This document shows positions 59,938-64,000 of a stretch of DNA of 64,000 nucleotides, piece after piece. Source of the stretch: an uncultured Rhodoluna sp. (GTDB lineage: Bacteria; Actinomycetota; Actinomycetes; Actinomycetales; Microbacteriaceae); the NCBI GenBank assembly GCA_964443065.1, contig CAYUBJ010000001.1:3694-67693 (forward strand), given 5' to 3'. Position 1 is the stretch's first letter. Every line of letters starts with the position of its first letter. The notes under the pieces are model-generated. The model was not told the DNA's origin. It ran no database searches and saw nothing but the letters and a program-made list of their open reading frames with translations. Made by a program: the position numbers and the translations under genes.

Positions 59938-60984
59938 TTAGAGTTGGGCAAAAATACTTTGAGCGATTTCGGTAGTGCTGCGCTTTGCCGAACCGCGGCT
60001 AGCCAAATCTTTAGCCACCGCACTTTCTATTCTGGCTGCCGCTACCGGATTGCCGAGATGATCCAAAAGCATCGCGGCGGAAAGAATAGCCGCAGTTGGA
60101 TCAGCGATGTTCTTTCCGGCTATGTCTGGGGCCGAACCATGCACCGGCTCAAACATGCTGGGGAACTCTCCGGTCGGATTGATGTTACCGGAAGCAGCCA
60201 GACCGATACCGCCACCAATGGCTGCGGCTAGGTCGGTCAAAATATCGCCAAACAGATTATCGGTAACAATCACGTCAAAACGCTCGGGATCAGTGATTAG
60301 GTAAATGGTTGCAGCATCAACATGCTGATAGTCGACCTTCACAGTTGGGAATTCTTTAGCGACCTCATCAACTGTTCGCTGCCAAAGCCAACCGGCATTT
60401 ACCAAAACATTGTGCTTGTGAACTAGGGTCAGCTTCTTTCGTTCACGATTGGCAGCTAACTCGAAAGCGTAACGAACACAGCGCTCAACACCGTAGCGGG
60501 TGTTGACCGAGGTCTCATTGGCCACTTCCTGCTCAGTGCCAACTCGGATAGCGCCGCCATTGCCAACATAAGCACCTTCGGTACCCTCCCGCACCACAAC
60601 AAAGTCAAGGTTGCCAGGGGCAGCTAGCGGAGATTCGACCCCGGCATAAAGTTTTGTCGGCCGCAGGTTGATGTAGTGATCAAAGCTAAAACGTAGTTTC
60701 AGTAGTAGTCCACGCTCTAAAACACCTGAGGGAACCGCTGGATCACCAATTGCACCGAGCAGAATTGCATCATGCTTGCTAAGTGAAGCTAGGTCGGCAT
60801 CGCTGAGCACCTCACCGGTGGCAAGGTATCTTCTTGCTCCTAGATCATATTCCTTGATTTCGAACTCAACGCCAGAGCCTCGAGTGGCCAGTTTTATAGC
60901 CTCAACGGCTAACGCGGTAACCTCAGGGCCGATTCCATCGCCGCCGATTACTCCGAGATTGATTTGTTTAGACACCTGGGACAC
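59938..60984 (-). CDS. leuB: 3-isopropylmalate dehydrogenase
   Basis: [24 protein letters not shown] and [12 protein letters not shown] motifs. Confidence 0.96.
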   Translation of the reverse strand: MSQVSKQINLGVIGGDGIGPEVTALAVEAIKLATRGSGVEFEIKEYDLGARRYLATGEVLSDADLASLSKHDAILLGAIGDPAVPSGVLERGLLLKLRFSFDHYINLRPTKLYAGVESPLAAPGNLDFVVVREGTEGAYVGNGGAIRVGTEQEVANETSVNTRYGVERCVRYAFELAANRERKKLTLVHKHNVLVNAGWLWQRTVDEVAKEFPTVKVDYQHVDAATIYLITDPERFDVIVTDNLFGDILTDLAAAIGGGIGLAASGNINPTGEFPSMFEPVHGSAPDIAGKNIADPTAAILSAAMLLDHLGNPVAAARIESAVAKDLASRGSAKRSTTEIAQSIFAQL

Positions 60985-61016
60985 TTTCGAAAATGTAATA
61001 ACTCAACTTTACTTTG

Positions 61017-61631
61017 TTAGCCCAGCGGCCGCTTAGCTAAAAGCACCAAGGTTATCGAGGGCTTTAGCCCTTCACGGGTCTGAATTTGACCATCACGATT
61101 GGTCAATTCAATAACTTCTAAACCGGCTTTTTCGATGGCTTTGGCAATGGTGGCAATATTAGGCAAAACCTTTGGATCTCTCGGCCCACCAAAACCACCG
61201 CTTAGGTTATCTCTAGAATGCCAAACACCAAAAAGATGTCCACCGGGTTTAATGCTTTTAGCCAGCAATCTGATTGCCTTGGCAAGTTTACGCTGAGGTA
61301 TTTGTAGGTAGGCGATCACTCCCAAATCTACTTGACCTAGTTTGGATTGAAATTTAGTTGCATCACCGACTGTTGCCAAGCACTTATCTGCTAAATTCTC
61401 TTGCTTTGCAAATTGCAAGAATTTATCAAGAGCAACCCTAGAAAAGTCGATGTTCTCAACTCGGAATCCTTGCTTGGCAAGCCAAATAGCATTTCTGCCT
61501 TCTCCACCGGCAAGATCTATTGCAGTTTCACCGGTGAGATTCTGGCAATACTCAACTACGAAGCGATTGGCGGTTTTGGTATAAATGTATTCCTCGGTGG
61601 AATACTTCTTATCCCAATCTTTGGAAGACAC
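61017..61631 (-). CDS. Class I SAM-dependent methyltransferase (TehB-like)
   Basis: WDKKY, DLAGGEGRNA.WLA, DFS and KPGG motifs. Confidence 0.88.
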   Translation of the reverse strand: MSSKDWDKKYSTEEYIYTKTANRFVVEYCQNLTGETAIDLAGGEGRNAIWLAKQGFRVENIDFSRVALDKFLQFAKQENLADKCLATVGDATKFQSKLGQVDLGVIAYLQIPQRKLAKAIRLLAKSIKPGGHLFGVWHSRDNLSGGFGGPRDPKVLPNIATIAKAIEKAGLEVIELTNRDGQIQTREGLKPSITLVLLAKRPLG

Positions 61632-61993
61632 TACTTGGTTACCCCAAGTGGCAGTAATCGCTGGGCATCTTCGTAACTGCCAATGTTGGTTACGTTCACA
61701 AAGCCCATACCAAACATGTCATCAAGTGCCTTTGCGACATCCGATTCATTCTTGCCATATACGTAGTACTTACCACTTCTATTTAGCGATGTGGCATTGG
61801 CAATAAAGTCTCCTATTGAGTAGTCGTTATTGATAGCTCCGACTATGTGTCCAGCAGCGAAATCATCTGCGGTTCTAATGTCAATAATCGCTGAAACGTC
61901 ACTGACATCGAGCTTTGCAGGTGCGCAAGAGCTCAGGCTAGATATCAACAGAGCCGCGATAACCACGCTGAAAACTACCTTCAACTTATTCAT
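61631..61993 (-). CDS. Rhodanese-like lipoprotein lacking catalytic Cys
   Basis: Lipobox LSSC; IIDIRT..F..GHI.GAIN; active-site loop reads YVYGKNES. Confidence 0.8.
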   Translation of the reverse strand: MNKLKVVFSVVIAALLISSLSSCAPAKLDVSDVSAIIDIRTADDFAAGHIVGAINNDYSIGDFIANATSLNRSGKYYVYGKNESDVAKALDDMFGMGFVNVTNIGSYEDAQRLLPLGVTK

Positions 61994-62055
61994 ATTTGCT
62001 CCAATCTCAAACCTAATCTCAACTTTACCTAAACTAATAGCTGGAGGTAATTACC

Positions 62056-62373
62056 ATGGCAATTGAAGTCACTGTCAGCGAATTGGCTGACGCAATAGCA
62101 AACAACGGCTTTGTTTTAGATGTTAGAGAAGATCACGAATGGGATGAAGGGCACGTTCCTAATGCCCATCATGTCCCTATGAATGATGTTCCCCAGAACC
62201 TTGATGCGCTTGATGATGGTGCAAGAATCTTTGTCATTTGCCGCTCTGGTGGAAGATCCATGACTATTGCCAACTACCTAGCCGAGCAAGGCTACGATGT
62301 GGTGTCAGTTGCCGGTGGTACCCAGGCCTGGATAGATTCTGGCCGAGAGCTCTCGTTCGAGCCCAGCCTTTAG
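62056..62373 (+). CDS. Single-domain rhodanese (sulfurtransferase)
   Basis: LDVRE..EW..GHVP, ICRSGGRS and GGTQAW motifs; GGAGG RBS. Confidence 0.93.
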   Translation: MAIEVTVSELADAIANNGFVLDVREDHEWDEGHVPNAHHVPMNDVPQNLDALDDGARIFVICRSGGRSMTIANYLAEQGYDVVSVAGGTQAWIDSGRELSFEPSL

Positions 62374-63962
62374 TCAATCGAAAGACTTATTGCCTTTAGA
62401 ACTTCTGCATCAATTGCAACTCGAACCTGTTCCAAAACCACGCTTGGCACTGGTGAATCAACAGTAATCACCGATAGCGCTTTGCCGCCCTTAGAATTTC
62501 TGGCAATCTGCATAGCGGCAATGTTGATGTTGTTTTCTGCAAACGCCTTACCGTAAATAGCGACAACACCTGGCCGGTCACTATAAATCATCATTACTAG
62601 GTGCTTGGCAACGGCGAGGTCAATGTCGTAACCGTTGATGTTCACAATCTTTTGAATCAACTTTGGGCCAATTACGGTGCCTGATACTGAAAAGTAAGAG
62701 CCATCTTGTAGGGAGGCCTTGATGGTTGTGACGTTTCGGTACTCCTCACTCTTCGAATCAACCGAAAGTCTCACCTCGACACCTCTAGATTCAGCCATCA
62801 GTGGCGCGTTCACATAAGAGACCTGATCGGTTACCGCATTTTGGTAAAAGCCCTTCAAGCCAGCTAGTTTCAGCACTGAAACATCATGTGCGGCAATCTC
62901 ACCACGAACTTCAACATCGATGGCAGAAACGTTTCCACCAGACATGCCAAACAGTAACTGTCCCATGTTTTCCATTAGGGCAATGCCTGGGCGAACTGAA
63001 GGGTCAATTACCCCACCGGCAACGTTGACGGCATCTGGGACTAGATCTCCAGCCAGAGCTAAGCGAACGCTTTTTGCAACTGAAATACCAGCTTTCTCTT
63101 GAGCCTCATCAGTAGATGCACCGAGGTGTGGTGTGACAATGATGTTCTCCAGTTCCAGAAGTGGCGAACCGGTTGGCGGTTCATTCACGAAAACATCCAG
63201 ACCTGCAGCAGCAATCTGCTTTGACTGGAGTGCATCAAACAGAGCTCGCTCGTCGATGATGCCGCCGCGAGAAGCGTTCACGATTCGTAGCGTTGGCTTA
63301 GCCAGGGCAAACTCAGCAGATCCGATTAGACCAGTGGTCTCCGGTGTTTTTGGAATGTGAATAGTAATAAAGTCCGAACGCTGCATCAACTCCTCAAGCG
63401 AGACAAGTTCAACACCGATTTGTTCAGCTCTTGCTTGAGTAACGTATGGGTCATATCCAATTAGTGTTGCCCCAAAACCTGCTAGACGCTGAGCTACCAG
63501 AGTTCCGATTCGACCAAGTCCAACAATTCCGATGTTCTTCTCGTAAAGTTCAACGCCGGTGAATTTTGATCGCTGCCACTTACCTGACTTAAGTGATGCA
63601 TTGGCATCGGGGATGTGTCTAGCGAGAGCAAAGATGTGACCGATGGCTAATTCAGCAGCAGAAATCACATTTGAGGTAGGCGCGTTAACCACCATGACAC
63701 CAGCATTAGTTGCGGCTTTCATGTCGACATTGTCGAGTCCAACACCAGCTCGAGCAATCACCTTGAGATTAGGTGCACTAGCGATTGCCTCAGCATCAAC
63801 CTGAGTTGCTGAGCGAACCAAAATAGCTGAAGCATGAGCGAGTTCGGCCAGTAGAGCCTGACGGTTGGTGCCATCCACGTTCCTAACTTCAAAGTCAGGT
63901 CCAAGTGCAGCTACGGTAGCAGGAGAAAGCTCCTCGGCTATCAGAACAATAGGTTTGCTCAA
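62370..63962 (-). CDS. serA: D-3-phosphoglycerate dehydrogenase (ASB + ACT domains)
   Basis: RAGVGLDNVD, GLGRIG, NASRGG, TPHLGAST and DRPG (ACT) motifs. Confidence 0.97.
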   Translation of the reverse strand: MSKPIVLIAEELSPATVAALGPDFEVRNVDGTNRQALLAELAHASAILVRSATQVDAEAIASAPNLKVIARAGVGLDNVDMKAATNAGVMVVNAPTSNVISAAELAIGHIFALARHIPDANASLKSGKWQRSKFTGVELYEKNIGIVGLGRIGTLVAQRLAGFGATLIGYDPYVTQARAEQIGVELVSLEELMQRSDFITIHIPKTPETTGLIGSAEFALAKPTLRIVNASRGGIIDERALFDALQSKQIAAAGLDVFVNEPPTGSPLLELENIIVTPHLGASTDEAQEKAGISVAKSVRLALAGDLVPDAVNVAGGVIDPSVRPGIALMENMGQLLFGMSGGNVSAIDVEVRGEIAAHDVSVLKLAGLKGFYQNAVTDQVSYVNAPLMAESRGVEVRLSVDSKSEEYRNVTTIKASLQDGSYFSVSGTVIGPKLIQKIVNINGYDIDLAVAKHLVMMIYSDRPGVVAIYGKAFAENNINIAAMQIARNSKGGKALSVITVDSPVPSVVLEQVRVAIDAEVLKAISLSID

Positions 63963-64000
63963 AATGGTTTCCTAAAAGGGGGATTTTTTATCGCTACACC

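Noticed and set aside
221-63360. Many 60-170 aa ORFs antisense or out of frame to real genes (e.g. 221-547, 2829-3182, 22895-23359, 29910-30416, 44240-44743, 57215-57649)
   Set aside because: They lie within well-supported conserved genes, lack motifs and RBS/promoters, and are expected shadow ORFs.
4750-63999. Riboswitches, T-boxes or attenuator leader peptides before amino-acid genes (argS-lysA, thr, leuC, leuB, ilvE)
   Set aside because: The intergenic regions are too short or leaderless and no recognisable motif or leader peptide was seen; an Rfam/Infernal scan would be decisive. The serA upstream region is cut by the window edge.

Overview
A 64-kb core-chromosome segment of a genome-streamlined actinobacterium. 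It most resembles a freshwater Luna-cluster Microbacteriaceae (Aquiluna/Rhodoluna-like); this is inferred from gene order, a GC content that looks near 50% by eye, and tiny intergenic spaces. It holds about 60 CDSs and 4 tRNAs (Arg-CCG, fMet-CAT, Glu-CTC, Gln-CTG). Recognisable conserved actinobacterial blocks are: argS-lysA-hom-thrC-thrB-rho-prfA-prmC-tsaC-wecA; murI-rph-rdgB; the UPF0182-YlbL-DUF2342-ThiF-like-uvrD2-nudC...DUF3107-ferritin-like-DEAD block; mgtE(N)-DUF1003-mrp-tatB-O-methyltransferase-DUF3117-dapE/dapD; thiL-ddl-gpsA-plsC-murA-leuDC; and gltX-FAH-ilvE-leuB-serA. I saw no integrase, transposase, prophage, CRISPR or defence island. The best leads are: (1) a metallothionein-like Cys/His domain fused to a CopB-type ATPase; (2) a ClgR-type box over an uncharacterised protease/E1-like module; (3) several retained pseudo-enzymes (an APH-fold pseudokinase and a Cys-less rhodanese lipoprotein); (4) a dedA gene starting 1 nt after a CCA-less tRNA; (5) pervasive leaderless and bidirectional promoters with overlapping convergent gene ends. 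All functional calls come from motif and synteny recognition; no database search was run.
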